DNA of 64,000 bases from the NCBI RefSeq assembly GCF_018977255.1, contig NW_024704743.1, positions 71,736,001-71,800,000 of the forward strand. Direction: 5' to 3'. This stretch comes from Callorhinchus milii (Eukaryota). Numbering within the stretch: the stretch's first letter is position 1; each line of letters begins with the position of its first letter. The notes beneath the pieces are model-generated. The model searched no databases and was not told where the DNA came from. It saw nothing but the letters and a program-made list of their open reading frames with translations. The position numbers and the translations under genes were made by a program. Positions 1 to 13,870 of the stretch are shown in pieces.

Positions 1-704
1 ATTTCAATTTAGGGAGATTGGGAAATTCCAAATCTATAGTTGTTTTAATCATGAATAGCCTTTTTTCTCCATGAACCTAGACTTTTATTTTTGATATGCA
101 TTAAAAAGCTGTACCATCTAATGAACAGGTCGAAAGGGGAAAAAACACCTTATTCTAGCCTAAAAGGCAAGGAGTGCAAAATACATAATGCTCCTGCACA
201 GCAAGTGAAGCTGTATGTTGAGTTTACTCGTGTCAACCAGGGCTGCAAGAGACACTAAATTATTGCCCATGTTTCCTAAGTTTAGGGAAGAGGAACCAGT
301 CGGAGCTGAGCATATTTTCATTTGATAATGAGGTTTGAGAGGGAAATTATCTAGATCTTTAAAGTACTGAGGCCATCACATTGTAAATGGATGTAAATGG
401 TCTATTCTACATCCATAGCTGTTGTCTCTGAAAGGATACCAATCTCCAGTGCTTTTTTTGAAAATGTTGAAGTATGCTGCAGTCAACCATAGGGATGTGC
501 AGTTCTGCCCTCAGGCAGGTTACCGCTAGTTAATAGATGGCCTTCATCAGTAAGATGTAGAGAGACCCTATGAGACGGGATATGGGTACCCAAGCCTGCA
601 GCTTATCTGTCATGGAACCGAGCTCTTGCTAAATATTCAGTCAAAGCTACTGAGCTATGCATGACAACACTGATACACCTGATCAGCATGTGCCTATGAT
701 CATT

Positions 705-1021
705 ATAATAATAATCCTTGCATTTGATATAGCGCTTTTCACGTCGGGAGGACGTCCCAAAGCGCTTCACAGAACACACTGTAAAGTGAATTGACTGTAT
801 ATTTGTGGGCGAACGCGGCAGCCAATTGTGCACAGCAATGTCCCACAAACAGTCGTAGATTGAAAATGACCAATTTATTATTGTTTTTTTTTTGTTTTGG
901 AGGGATTATTATTAGGCGTGTGGAGTAAGGAAACTTGCCCAAGGTTTCGCCCTGCCTGGAATTGAACTCAGGTCTCTCACTTGCAAAGCGAGTGCTCTAA
1001 CCACTGAGCCACAGGACTCCA
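705..1021 (-). mobile_element. young full-length tRNA-derived SINE (Deu-domain, L2-like tail), short subfamily
   Basis: Reverse complement starts GGAGTCCTGTGGCTCAGTGG (box A), GTTCAATTCC (box B), central GTTTGTGGGACATTGCTGTG.CAATTGGCTGCCGCG, tail GCGCTATATCAAATGCAAGG(ATT)n; near-identical to the copies at 19064 and 28183. Confidence 0.92.
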
Positions 1022-1679
1022 CTCTTTCCCTCTCAACAAAATACTGCAACTTCACGTTTAGAGGTTTTCCGTTTGACTTATGGTGGGGCAGAATTCTCCA
1101 GAAACTTTCTTCACAATTGTAAACATAACTTAAGTGGACAAGTCATGGAACCGATTGAACATGGGAATGTAATAGGTCAAATACAATTTTCTTGTCACTG
1201 TACATGTATCCTTTTACTTTTGTGATTGAGTAACTCGGATTCTATGCCGGGAATTAGTGAATACATCTAAATATAAACTATCTACTGAACAGTTGGATGG
1301 GTGAAAGAGCACAGATACTGTGTGTCATCAATAACACACTTCAGGCCTGCCAATGATGCAAACGGAAGGTATGTGTGATAGGGATACCAGGAGCAGTACC
1401 ACTGGAATCTCTTTGCCTACATCGTGCAAGGGAAGAGGATGCTCTGTTAAAGAACATTAGCTCAGTTCTTTTTATTCTGCAGCTTCTTGTTTTCCCACCA
1501 AAAGATGGTACAAGTAATGTTAATTGGCAGCTGAGACACAAAATTCACATGGTCTCAGGACCATTGTCTTTATAAAGAAGAACTGTGGAAAAATAGCTTT
1601 AATTTTAGGCTGAAGTTTCTAAAAGTCTGTACAATTTGAAATTTTAAGACAATAGCCTCCAGGCTAAAAGCATAGTTGT

Positions 1680-2482
1680 CAATCCAGATCAGTTGGTAGC
1701 AATCTTGCTTACGTCAGAAGGCTGTGTCTTCAATCCTCACATCAGGAATTCTAAACTCATAAGTTAGGCTGATACTGCAATATAGTGATGGGGAGCACAG
1801 CATTGTCGGAGGTACCATTCTTCAGATGAGCCCATGAAACCAACAATAATAAATTACATTTGTATAGGGACTTTCACGTCAGGAGGACGACCCAAGGCTC
1901 TGGACAGTCAGGGTTTTCGATCCGAGCAAGGATTGGGATCAGGAGGGGTGGAGGGCAGGGAGGATAGGGGTAGGAGGATGATTGAATGTGCAGTCAAACA
2001 GGAGGGTCTTGAGACAGGCCTTGAAAGAGGCAAGGGTGGAATCAAAGTGAAGGGAATGTGGGATGGAGTTCCAAAGGGTGAGGGCAGAAAGGCTGAAGGC
2101 CTAACTGCTGATAGTGGGGTAGATGGAGCAGGGGACATGAAACAGGCTCTGGCCTGCTGAGTGGAGGGAGCAGACATGTCTGTATGGAGTTAGCAGGTCA
2201 CAGAGGTAGAGAGGAGCAAGGCTGTGGAGGATTTTGAAGTTAAGGTCCCGTCAGACTGTTCAGATGGCACTGTTGAAAAAGAAAAGTAAATTTTTCTTGG
2301 TGTCCTGGCCAATAATCGCCCAGATAAAATTAATCATTCACTTCATGGTTGTTTGTAGGACATTGCTGTGCACAGTTTGGCTGTCGCATTCGCCTACAAA
2401 ATCCACAGAAAATCTCATGAAGCGCTTTGAAAATTTCTACTGACATGAAGGGTACTATAGCAAATGAAAGGATTATTATTAT
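1680..2482 (+). mobile_element. old Deu-SINE (SacSINE1/AmnSINE1-like) split by an L2 insertion
   Basis: tRNA-like head at 1680-1830; Deu core GTTTGTAGGACATTGCTGTGCACAGTTTGGCTG and (ATT)n tail resume at 2235-2482. Confidence 0.7.
1845..2235 (-). mobile_element. L2 LINE 3' fragment
   Basis: Matches the L2 3' end seen elsewhere in the window (GG.AFS..AP.LWNS-type remnant and GACGTGAAAG...TATACAAATGTAA(TTG)n-type tail). Confidence 0.75.
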
Positions 2483-2659
2483 ATTTTTATAACAAATGTG
2501 ACATTGTTTTCAAGGAATAAAGCTTCAATTTTGAAAACATGATCACTTGACTTCTATCACCAAACGTAAAGTATGTGTACAGCAGCTTTCTATATTTTTT
2601 GTTACATGAAACAAATAGAATTTTCAAGCAAACAGGGATTTACCTTTGTCTATATGGTT

Positions 2660-2920
2660 GAAGCTACATAAAATCCAAGGAGCGTGAAGGAGGAAGATAG
2701 GAAACAAATTTTCTTCCAGAGGGTTGTCAGAGTGTGTAATGTGTAATACTCAATTGGGGATATTTCTAAGGGAATTAGATAGGCACATTGGAATAGGAGT
2801 ACGGGAAAAGAACAGGGAATTGGGATTAAAATAGGTTGCTTCATTGAAGGAATAAGCACCGGCACTAATACAATGGGTCAACCGGCCTCCTATTGTGCTA
2901 TTGATTTCCTTGATGCTCCA
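2660..2920 (+). mobile_element. CR1 LINE 3' fragment
   Basis: TTCTTCCAGAGGGTTGTCAGAGTGTG.AAT...AAGGGAATTAGATAG...ATGGGTCAACCGGCCTCCTATTGTG, typical CR1 ORF2 end and 3' UTR. Confidence 0.65.
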
Positions 2921-4679
2921 TTTTCCTTTCGTATTGACTTCAAAATTGGGGATTGAAGCAGCAACAAAGGGCATAAATTCTGATTATTACTGAAAGAATA
3001 AAGAGGCAGGTTGGATGATTTTTTTAATACAAATAATTGGGGAATGCGTCACCAGAAGTGACTATTTAAGATGGATAATTCAATTTAAAAGTCAATTAGT
3101 GAATCACTTGAGTTATGAAGACACAAAAGGATATGAGGTAAGAGCAGAGACGAGGTTTAGAAATCTCCAGTAGGGAGCTAATCCCATGGTCCCCAAACTC
3201 TAGTATAATTCACTGCCAAAGATTTGGTATAAATCCAATTTGAAACACCTGTATTTACTCAGTGCTATTTGTATAATTTGTTCTGATAATCCAAACAGTC
3301 ATGAGATATAACATATATCAAATGCAAGGATTATTATTATTTGTTGCATTCCATATTGTTTCTCTCTCATTATACCTTCTGTTTAAATCCAATTATTCTT
3401 CCTTAAACATCCTAATGTATGTTTCCTTACTGTTACAGTGTGTTTATTTCTGCTCCCTACACTCTTACTTTTGACTCTTACTTAAATAGTCTCTTCTTGG
3501 TACATCTGAAAGTACTATTCTTACACATGCAGTTGAAAAACCTATTGCTCAGCATTCAACAGTTATGGTGTGAATGGTGTTGCACTCTGTACTGCTTCAA
3601 AATTAGTACCAGTGCCATGAAAAAAAAGTACTTGGTAAAATTTGTTCTTGCTTTCCAAGACATGAAAGTTACTAAATAAATACACATTTCTGTTGATGTG
3701 TTGGTTGTAAACACATGGTGTGATGGCAATCTTCGTATCACTTGTGCCTGTTGTCTTCATAATGAAAACATCATGTATCCCCTTGCAATCCAGTTTCAAG
3801 CAAACAACCTGTGGGTAGAATTTTCATCTGGATCTAGGTTTACCTGTTAACAGCATTTCAGACAATGCAGAACTCGGGAATTTGTTGAATTGAACAATAA
3901 TAACAACAACTTGTATTTATATAGCACCCTTCACGAGGGGTAGTATTCCGGAGTAAATTCAATTGTAGTTCTTAAAATTCAGAAAAACAGTTTAAAATGA
4001 ATATACCACATTTAAGAATTTTACAAATTCTGGCCATTTTGAAATGCCAACCTTATTGAGCAAATCTAGACCCAGGTGGAATTTCGATAATCTTCAAAGT
4101 AATTTGGGCAGCATATTGTCATCCTATATAAACAGATGGAAAAGATAGCCCTGGTAAAAATTCAAACAGATAAATCTCCTCTGTGGCATTTGTGTTCCAC
4201 TGCGAAGAAACAGATCCTTTTGAGAACTGCTGTTCTAAAATCCCCTCAGTCATGTTATCAGCTACAATTAAACAGGGTTTTATCAGATGTATCTATTGGC
4301 CGCTACAAATTCTACCTCGCAGTTCAGTCGACCTCATACCGATAATTTGGGATTGTTAAATTCAATTCACAAACATTTCATCATGCATCACACCATTCCA
4401 ACACAGCAACATTCAATTAACCTCAAGGTGAAGAAAACAGATAAAAGGGAAAAAAAAGCAAATTGGGTTAGAGGGTGGTAGGCACTCTGAGAGGTCAACA
4501 GATGCACAAAGAATGATTAGAAGTCACAAGGTCACAAGACTGGTTTGGATATTGAAGATCCTTCAGCCCATTTGATTTCATCCCTCCAGAATAATCACCT
4601 CCCATCTTTTCATCACAGCATCAATTCTTTTAAAATAAGTCCAATGTCCTGGCCTCAACTACTCTTCCTGATCCCCAGG

Positions 4680-5340
4680 TATTTTTTCTCCCCCACATGC
4701 GGTCCCTGACCAGCACCACTTTCTTCCACTTCCGCCACATTGCCCGTGTCCGACAATACTTCACCCCAAGAGCTGCCGAAACCCTAGTCCATGCCTTTGC
4801 CACCTCTCGGATGGACTACTCTGACAACCTCCTCACTGGTCTCCCCTCCTCCACTATTCCAAAATTTAGCTCATTCAAAACTCCACTGCCTGCATTCTCA
4901 CCCGCACCAAACTTCATACGCTGATTACTCCAGTCCTTGCCAAATTCCACTGGCTCCTTGTCACAGAGCAGATGGACTTCAAGTGTTTAAATCGCTCCAT
5001 TCCTTGGCATCCTTCTATCTGTTTAACCTCCTCTCTCCCCACAGCAGTACCCACTGCCTCCACTCTACTGGGTCCGGCCTCCTCCATGTCCCCTGAATCC
5101 TTATCTCCACCATCAGCGGCCGTGTCTTTAGCCACTACGCCCCGAAACTTTGGAACTCCCTCCTTCAACCCTTTTGCATCGCACCCTCCTCCCCTATCTT
5201 CAGGTCTTTGAGCGCTCCTACAGTCAACTTCACCCTCCCATGGCTCGGCCTCGGGCTCCGCCATTGTTAAGCGCTCTGAGACGCCGCCCAGCATGGAAGG
5301 CGCTATACAATGCAAGTTGTTGTTGTTATTGTTGTTGTTG
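4680..5340 (+). mobile_element. L2 LINE 3' fragment (degenerate ORF2 C-terminus and tail)
   Basis: Translation [42 protein letters not shown] is the L2 post-RT motif; (TTG)n tail. Confidence 0.88.
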
Positions 5341-5839
5341 GAATCTGTTCCAGTCGTCAATTACCCTCTGGGTAACAAAATATTTCCTGGCATCTGTCCT
5401 GAAATTGCCTATTGCAAATCTGAATCTGTGCCCACAAACTATACAGCCAATTCACTTTACAGCATATTCTGAAGCGCTTTGAGACGTCTCGAAGGTGTGA
5501 TAAGGGACTATATCAAATTCAAGGATTATTATTATTATCATTACTGTCTACTGTCTGGTACATATGAAAGTATTGTTCTAGCACATGCAGTTGAGAAACC
5601 TATTGCTCATCATTCAAGAGTTTTGCGTTGTATTGTTTTGCAAAGGGAATGCACAATGCATCGAAAAAGCATTGTGGAATTCTCTTGTGCTGTCAAAGTA
5701 TCAGAAGGTGAAATGTATGAAATTAAGAGTGAAAATTATTGATCAGGAAAGATTAGAACATTTTCCAAGCTTTTCATAAGATAAAGTATTCACCTACACA
5801 TTGCTAGGACTCACTAATTTTATGAATGGATTAATAACA

Positions 5840-6050
5840 CACTGGCAGGTGAGTCGGTAATCAGAGGACGCAGATTTAAGATAATTGTCAAAAAAAACAG
5901 AGGGGAGATGAGGAGAATTTTTTTTGTGCAGAGAGTTGTTATGATCTGGAATGCACTGCCTGAAAGATTCAATAATAACTTTCAAAAGGGAATTAGATAC
6001 ATACTTCAGAAGGAAAACATGTCAAGGCTTTAGGGAAAGAGTGGGATCCT
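5840..6050 (+). mobile_element. CR1 LINE 3' fragment
   Basis: AGAGGACGCAGATTTAAGATAATT...GCAGAGAGTTGTTATGATCTGGAATGCACTGCCTGAAAG...TTCAAAAGGGAATTAGAT (RG..FK / QRVV..WN.LP / FKRELD). Confidence 0.8.
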
Positions 6051-9000
6051 TTGGTTTAATTCCCCCAAACCATATTTCTGATGAAAGACCTGCCAGGCTG
6101 ACTCATCAGCTGGATTTAGAGAGATGCAGGAAATCTTCCAACTCAGCTCCTAATTAACCCTGCAAACCAAAGCCTTAACAGTAAAGTGGTCCTAAGTGGC
6201 AAGCAGCAGGAAGATTGCCAAACAGCACTCTCCATGGTTTCTATGCAGTTTTTGCTGGGTAGGCTCCAGTAGTATCCCAATGCACACTCTGGGATCCCCA
6301 GCGTTGGCTCTCATCAACCTATGCTTATAAGTTTCCAGAATTAGGTAAGGACGATTAGGTCCTTCCAGGGAGAGATTGTGCATTCATTCCAGATATAGGA
6401 ATATGTCCATGCTTAGATGGTATGCATGTGTGGAACTCTCAGTCTGGTTTTGATACTCTTGTTAACTTTCAAACATGTGTCAGACACCTGGTTGACCAAA
6501 ATACTCATGTATAGAACAGCTGACAAACAAAAACAATTGAGATTGCGGCAATGAATGCCTTCAGAAAGATGAGGATGAAAATCTGCTTCTGTAAGAATTT
6601 GAGAATATAGAGATATATGCAGCTGGAGATGAACAAAAACTTTAAGGCTTATATGATTTCCAAGCCTCCAGATCACAGCGAGGAGGGTAAGAGAGGAAAT
6701 ATAATATAATAATTCTTGCATTTGATGTAGCAGCTTACCACGTAAAAATACGTCACAGAGTTTTCTGTGAAGCACTGTACATTTATAGATAAAAGTGATA
6801 ACCAATTTGCGAACAGCGATTCCTAGATATAACCACAACAGAATTTTTTTTTTATTAGTTGATCAGGACACCAAGACAAAAATCCCTCTTTGAAAATTTC
6901 CTTTTGGGGTCAGCCAGATGACTGACATGTGCAGAAACACATCATCGTCTTGAAGAGTTTCCGTGGAGAATTTATGGCCAGTGAATTAAAATCCTTGATA
7001 TGATAAATTTGGGTGAACGGAGGAGAGAACACACTTTAGTGAACTAAATGGTCTTTCTACACTTTCTATGTTTTTATACTGATATTTTTCTCACCCATTC
7101 ACTTCAAGTATTCCAATGCAACGATTCATTACTTGAGGTTCTTTCAACCAGTGAACAGCACACATGAACGGTCAATCATTTTCTTCTCGTCTTAATCTAC
7201 TTGAGAGTGTGAAAGATGTTTCTGAAAGCATTTCTCATGAATCTATTCTCTCGCAAAGCCATTCTGGAAACAAAAGGAGACAAAAAGTACAGTAATTTTA
7301 AAAACAGGTGATGGCAGGAAATGGAGAGATATTTAATGGAGATATTTCTTCCATTGGTGACATTTTCGCTGACACTGATTGATTCTCTGTGTATTTATGA
7401 TCAGTTTTACATGCCAGAGATGATCCAATAAATGGAGCAATTTGATTTCACTCTGGCTGCCCAATTATCAGACTTCAGTTGTATCACATCCCCAAGGGGA
7501 AACAAATTATAGAACACATGGAGTGTGCCTCTGTGGCTTCTAGTGATTTTTCCGGACCCGATGGTAAAAATGGTCAAACACCACTCAAAGCATTCTTTGG
7601 TACTTTATTAAGTGTTCTGAATTTTTATATGCTTATATAGTGCCCAGAAATTTATAACTGAAAACTGTATTTTTTTAATCGCAGTTCCTTGTACTTCTGG
7701 TAAGAAGCACCACAATAAGAGTAAGTTCTACATATGAAATGTACCTGCACCAGATGTGCTGTGATGATGAATGGCTTAATCACAGCCAGTACAGTTCTTG
7801 CAGCCGAAGGCTGCTTGTTTCTTGACATTATCTGCTTTGTCTGCAATGGGCTATTATTCACTGCAAACTGAATGCGGGCAGAGTATTTCTGGATCACAAA
7901 TTGACACAAAAAAAGGAATTATCAGACTGGATCTTATGACTACTGCTGTAATTTGGTCATGGTAGATTTCAGGAAAATCGTAGATTAGTCATGATTAAAA
8001 TGTCAAGTCATTCTGACAAAGTCCTGAAAACATTTTTTGAGGTAACCAAACCATCATAAGAAATAATGATTGACTGTGGCAGTCATTTATGTTGAAAATG
8101 TGTGTTTTCAAGACTTGAAGGAATGGTTCTTTCAATCCGTGGCCAATCGTCCTTGATAAGTTGCTGCGACATCAGGAAATCAAAAAGAGCAAAACACATC
8201 ACTAGCAGCTCAAGTTCATGAAGCGGTGTGTAGGTTTCAAACTGAGACACATCAAAACAAGTTGCACTTTAAACCAAATTAAATCAGTCTTGCTCCAAAG
8301 CAAGTGAGACTTGATAGATATGCTACAACTGTCAGGTTCCTACAGTTCAGGTTTGTTTGAATCTCTCACTTCCATCCCTGAAGACATTTTACATAGTCGT
8401 TGTTCTCTAAGACTTGGCCCTCCCATTTCCTTAAGGAGAACACTTATAACCTTGAGGAGGGTTGAAATATAAATGCTAGTAAAATAATACAGATGAAAAT
8501 AAACACGTTCCCCAGCTACATTCTCTTCAGTGAAGGCTTTGATGACTTGAACTAAAGTTGTACTGGCCTCAATAACTTCCCACCTATTTAGTAAGTGCAA
8601 CATCTGGCTACTCAAAGGCAGACGGCTCACTATCAGGGTAATACTGAATTGGATCACACTGCTTGACTAAATCATGGTAGCAGCAGTGCTGTTGTAACAA
8701 TTCTCCCCACAGTGAAATTGGGGCAAACATTGCAGATAGTGCGAGCATCCATACAGTGAATGGAGATGTGCCAATGATACCTTTATGTACTCGCTCATAG
8801 TTTGACAGATCTTGAGGTGCCTGTAGCTGGTTCTATTTAACAGTCAGTGAATGCAGTCTTGTGCAACAGATAAACCAAAGGAATAGTTTCTTGTTAAAAG
8901 GCTAGTGAGTCAAAGCGTTTGCATGGATGGATTTCAAGAGTTTAAGTTTGCCAATTATTCAGAAACGGGCAAATATAATTCACAAGTTGCAGAAGTTTAC

Positions 9001-11224
9001 TTACAAACAAAACTACAGAAGATGACAAATGTATGCTTTGGATAGAAAGCAGCAAGCAAAAACAAAGAGTATGGCCATTTTGAAAATTCCACAGGGAGGT
9101 ACTGAAGATCCTTTCTACTATCTCTACTCAGCATTTCTACTTGAACCTCACTCCATTACATATGGATTACATGGTAATTTAAAAAAGATTAATGCCAAAT
9201 TTAAATTTGTGCTTGGCTGTGGGATTTTTAACTAACTTTCAGAATTATCTATCTACTCAAACTTTACTGCCTGAAGTATGTATCAAATTAGTAGGAGCTG
9301 TGTCTTTCCAGATACTTTAGGGATACTTGATCGCCTCAAAAAGTTCTAGGCTAACACATTTACTTTCCCATCACAATTGATAGCAGACACTGATGTTCCA
9401 AGAGTGAGACAGAATGGTTCTCTCCAGAGATTAGTTTAGGAGCTTTGTCAAAAAATTTTAAAACTTATAGGCACAAATGCAATTGCACCAAAGATGGCTT
9501 ATTTTGCTCTTATTACCCACATGTGTAATACTCTTGAAACATCTTGTGATGTTTGTTGTAAGTACTATTAAGCTTTGCAAACATTCTGGAGCTAAATCCG
9601 TCCTTTGAATGAAATGTTAAACCAAGGTCCCATCTGCCAGTTCAGATGGATGTTAAAGATCCCATGACACTAATCAAAATGAAAAGGGAGATTTTCCGGA
9701 GTCCTGACCAACAATCCCCCAAATAAAATTGGACACTCACTCCATGGCTATTTGTGGGATATTGTGTGTGCAACCTGGCTATTGCGTTTTGCAGTAGCTT
9801 GTGAAATACTTTGAGACGTCTTGATGATATGATAACGTGCTAGGGCAAATTCAAGGATTATTAGTATTATAATAAAGGTAGATGTCACAGGGTGTCTTCC
9901 CCAGCTAGCACAAAGCACAAATGTTACTCTGTATTGTGACATTGACCAACTCTACAGCTCATGATACTGTAGGTTAAAAAGAATAACCATGTATACTAGA
10001 AATTTGAAATAAAACTGGAAAAAACATCTGAGTGTGAATACTTCAGCCTGTCCTTCCCTTTTTATTTCAGAATAACAAGCATCACGACATGTGCTGTCCT
10101 CATGATGAATAATGTTATAATTATACCGCTGTATGCCATTGCTAGATAGGAGCAGAATTTATATGCAACCTGTCACATATATGGGTTGAAAATGCAACAT
10201 TTAGCAGGCTGGAAGTTGCTGTCCTAATTAAGAATACCAGTTTGCACCTTAAATTGAACTATTTGTCCCAGATTTGCTATTTTTTAAAAATTGTTTTAAA
10301 AAACAGAAACTACAACCTGCATTTAATCCTGCACTGTTTCTCAGCCAAGGAATAAACAGACAAATCACTGTCACAAAGCAGCCTTTGCTGGATTTCAAGA
10401 TCACAATTTCTTCAGTGAATTTGGTACCGGGTTCTGAAATTTATTTTCTAAAACTGGAGTTTGCAATTAATGTAGTGATTCTGGTTGGAGAATGTTTTAT
10501 TTCAACTCTCAAATATCACATATGAGTATCAGAGTGGTTATCAAAAATATCATAGTGGATATTAAATCAAGGAATCAGGATCACTCAAAAGGTGCTTCAC
10601 ACTACTACCCATCACAGCCTGTAAAGTCTTCATCATATGCTGCATGTCAAGGCAAGAACATGGCAATTGATCAACTGCAAACTTCAATTGCGCGGGGTGA
10701 TGTGGTGTGATCATGACAATGAGGATGTTGTACGCACAGTTACACTTGAACACTGCTTTAAAGTTTTTTAACCTGTGTTAAACTCCAATCTGTGATAGTA
10801 CCAAGAGATTGGCCACATTCATAAAAGGCCACAAATATTTCAGGTCCAGAACAAAGTTAACATATAATAGGGCTCCTCATAGTACTCCTCACTTCCCTGA
10901 GATTTCTGGAATGTTATTTAATTCTAAATATCTTTTTAGAATTCTTCCAGTTTTAGAAGTCAGTTCTTGTAACAAGATGTCATTTATCCACTACTGAGTC
11001 AGCTGGATGTCAGATTCCAACGGAGACAACATAACTCACACAGGACCACAAAGCTAAGTCAGCTCTATGCTTAATCTAGTAATGGAAAATAATAGGGTGT
11101 CAGGCCAACAATACTTATTGTGAAATAGTGGCTACACATAAACATGTTTCAACTGTCAAGAATTCATAAAAGCTTTTGATATATTATTAAATAATCTTGT
11201 TTGAGTGGAATTGTGCAGACTTAA

Positions 11225-11630
11225 GTTTCAGTTGGTCAGGACAGGTGTCAGAGGTGTTAGTTCTGGGTTCAAGCCCAGTGTTGAAACTTGAGCTCACAAT
11301 CCAGATTGATACCCAGTGTAATACTGGGAGAGCATTGTGTTGTCAGTGATAGCGTTATCTGAATGAGATGTTGAATAGAAGTGCCTTTTGCCTGTTCAGA
11401 TGGATTTTGAATAGCCCAAAACCCTTTTTGACTTTCTCTTGGTATCCGAGTCCACAATCCTTCAAATAAATTGACTGATCACTCCACGGCTGTTTGTGAG
11501 ATCTTGCTGCTTGCAGAAGGCTCCTGCCTTTGCCTATAAGTACCGGGTTTTAAATGCCTAGCCCCTGCAATTCACAGCAATAGCAGCCAAGCGCTTAGAG
11601 TAGACACCATATTAAATGCAAGATTGATTA
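11225..11630 (+). mobile_element. old Deu-SINE
   Basis: Degenerate tRNA head, CCCAGTGTAATACTGGGAGAGCATTGTGTTGTC, Deu core TGTTTGTGAGATCTTGCTG, tail TAAATGCAAG. Confidence 0.6.
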
Positions 11631-13039
11631 TTATGAAATACATATAAAATACCCTTCCTTATTCGGACACAAGAGAACCTAAGCAAGATAAAACTGTAAT
11701 GGGATCTGTCAAAGAAACATAAGTCTCCCAACAAGATAGATCTTCCATTCACTGTCAATCTTTACCATCTTTTCATGCTGATATTTCTATAAATCAGAGG
11801 GTGTACAGGTTTCATCAAAAGAATTCCCACTCCTTGTTCCTAGCAATAAGCAAAGAGTGTGAAGCTACATCTACTTTACATCTCCAGCTTCCACTCTGGA
11901 CAGATGTTTTCTGGGTAATAGTCGCATCTGTTCCTCAGCTCATATTAGTCCTTTTTACTTTCCATGTAACTGTGTTACGCTATTTAGATCACTCACTGCC
12001 AAGTTAAAACTGGCATGAGGACTCAGCTTCACTGCACAATGTATCATCGAGTGCTTCCATGTCTTCAATCAGTCACCATCAAGCAGCGCCCAGTGGTGCC
12101 ACAGAAATTAAATCCCACAGTTGTGCTATCTCAAACACCACCTCTCTAAATATCATTTTTTATAACCTCTGCAAAAGAGTCATGATCACTTTATCCATAC
12201 CAAACTGGGCTAGTGGCCACAAACCACAAACTACCAAAAAATAGTGAGTAGCATGCGCAGCAGTTGAGCATTCTGTTAAAGAGTATGAAAATAATAATGT
12301 GATATTAGCAACAGTGGCATTCATATGTGGAACGTAAAGTACTGATACTCTGAAGCATGGTGATGGGTTTCCACAAGTGTCAGATACATGGCTACCAAAA
12401 AAGTTATCAGCAATGTGGAAATGACCTTCCTGTTTCAATACAACTCACCCATGCACACTCCAAACTCTCCTCCAAACCCGCCCTCAGTCATCTTTCGACT
12501 GCTGTATGTATCAGTGCTTTCACGATTATTTTTCATAAATGTTTAAACTCTTCACTTAGCCCAACGCCACAATAGTCAAATCCACTCAGTATGATCCACT
12601 ATGATATTGCTACATCACTGCCAGAGCTCCACACTCAACTCAACAAACCTGTGTTTCGTAAATTATATCTACTGCATAAGAATTGCAACATATGCATATT
12701 ATTATTATATTAGGATTTTGTTCACACCACACAGTTCATTCAGATGGCAAAGTCAATTCTATGTGAAAACACTGTGAATAACAGATGTTCAAATGAATGA
12801 TAAGATAAGGGAACATAATCCTTTTTTTATTCTGACCTTCAAAGTATGCATATCAATTTAACATTTTTAAATTTGATTCCACAGAACAGTTGTAAGTAAC
12901 ACTCTTAAACCTGACCACTGGAGAGAAATATCAGCTTACCCTTAAAGGTTATTAAATTTACCAGTGATCGAGGATTCTCGGACTTTCTGATTTTCAAAAT
13001 AGGTTTACTATTAAATATGAAATGTTATTAATATTTAAT

Positions 13040-13870
13040 ACAGCAGCCAATTTGCACATAGCAGTGTCCCACAAATCACCATTAAGTGAATGACTGTTTT
13101 TTTATTTAGAGAATTGTTGCCAGGGCCACTGAGATAAACTCCCCTCTCTTTTCAAATAGTGTATGGGATCGTTAACATCCACCTGAACAACAATACCAAC
13201 AACAAATTGCATTTATATAGCGCCATTTGTGTCATGAGGATGTCCAAGGTTTAAATTGGACATTCCACAGGTTCACTATTCGCTCACTGAAATAGTGTTT
13301 GCACAGATTTGTTCTGAATTTATGCCCCTTCAATCGCAGGCTGTGTCCTATGATTCTAAATTCAGAATAGTAGAACCAGAGGACATGGCCTGTGATTGAA
13401 GGGGGTAAATTCAGAACAAATCTACGCAAACACTATTTCAGTGAGCGAATAGTGAACCTGTGGAACTGGCTCTCTAGAGAGATGGTTGAAGCAGGAAGTG
13501 TTGATTCTTTCAAACACAGATTAGATAGTTTTCTTTCAGGAAATAACATTATGGGATACAGTACATAGGTAGTTTGGGACATATGTGCATGCGACCACCA
13601 GGAAGTTGGAAGGTGAATTAGATGGACCTTGGTCTTTTTTTCATCTAGTATTTCTTGTGTTCTTATATGTTCTTATGTAAGGTGCTGGACATCAAGGATT
13701 TCCACCCGAGCAAGCAGATGGGACCTCACTTTAATGTCTCATCCAAAGGATGGCACCTTCAAATGTGGAGCACATCCCCAGCACTGCATTAGCATGTCAG
13801 TCTAAAGACCGTGAGTACAAAGTCCCAACCTTCCGACACAGAGGTGAGAGTTCTACCAACTGAGCTGGCT
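13040..13870 (-). mobile_element. old Deu-SINE hosting nested L2 tail and CR1 insertions
   Basis: GCAGCCAATTTGCACATAGCAGTGTCCCACAAA core at 13040-13190; head half resumes at 13712-13870 ending CTACCAACTGAGC. Confidence 0.7.
13251..13680 (+). mobile_element. CR1 3' end with a 5' inverted segment
   Basis: RG..L..GKFRTNLRKHYFSERIVNLWN remnant, (TTCTTATG)-like terminal repeats, AAGGT duplicated at 13246-13250 and 13679-13683. Confidence 0.85.

Noticed and set aside
603..942. Recurrent ORFs [21 protein letters not shown] and MGKFPYST as a protein family
   Set aside because: They are translations of repeated SINE copies.
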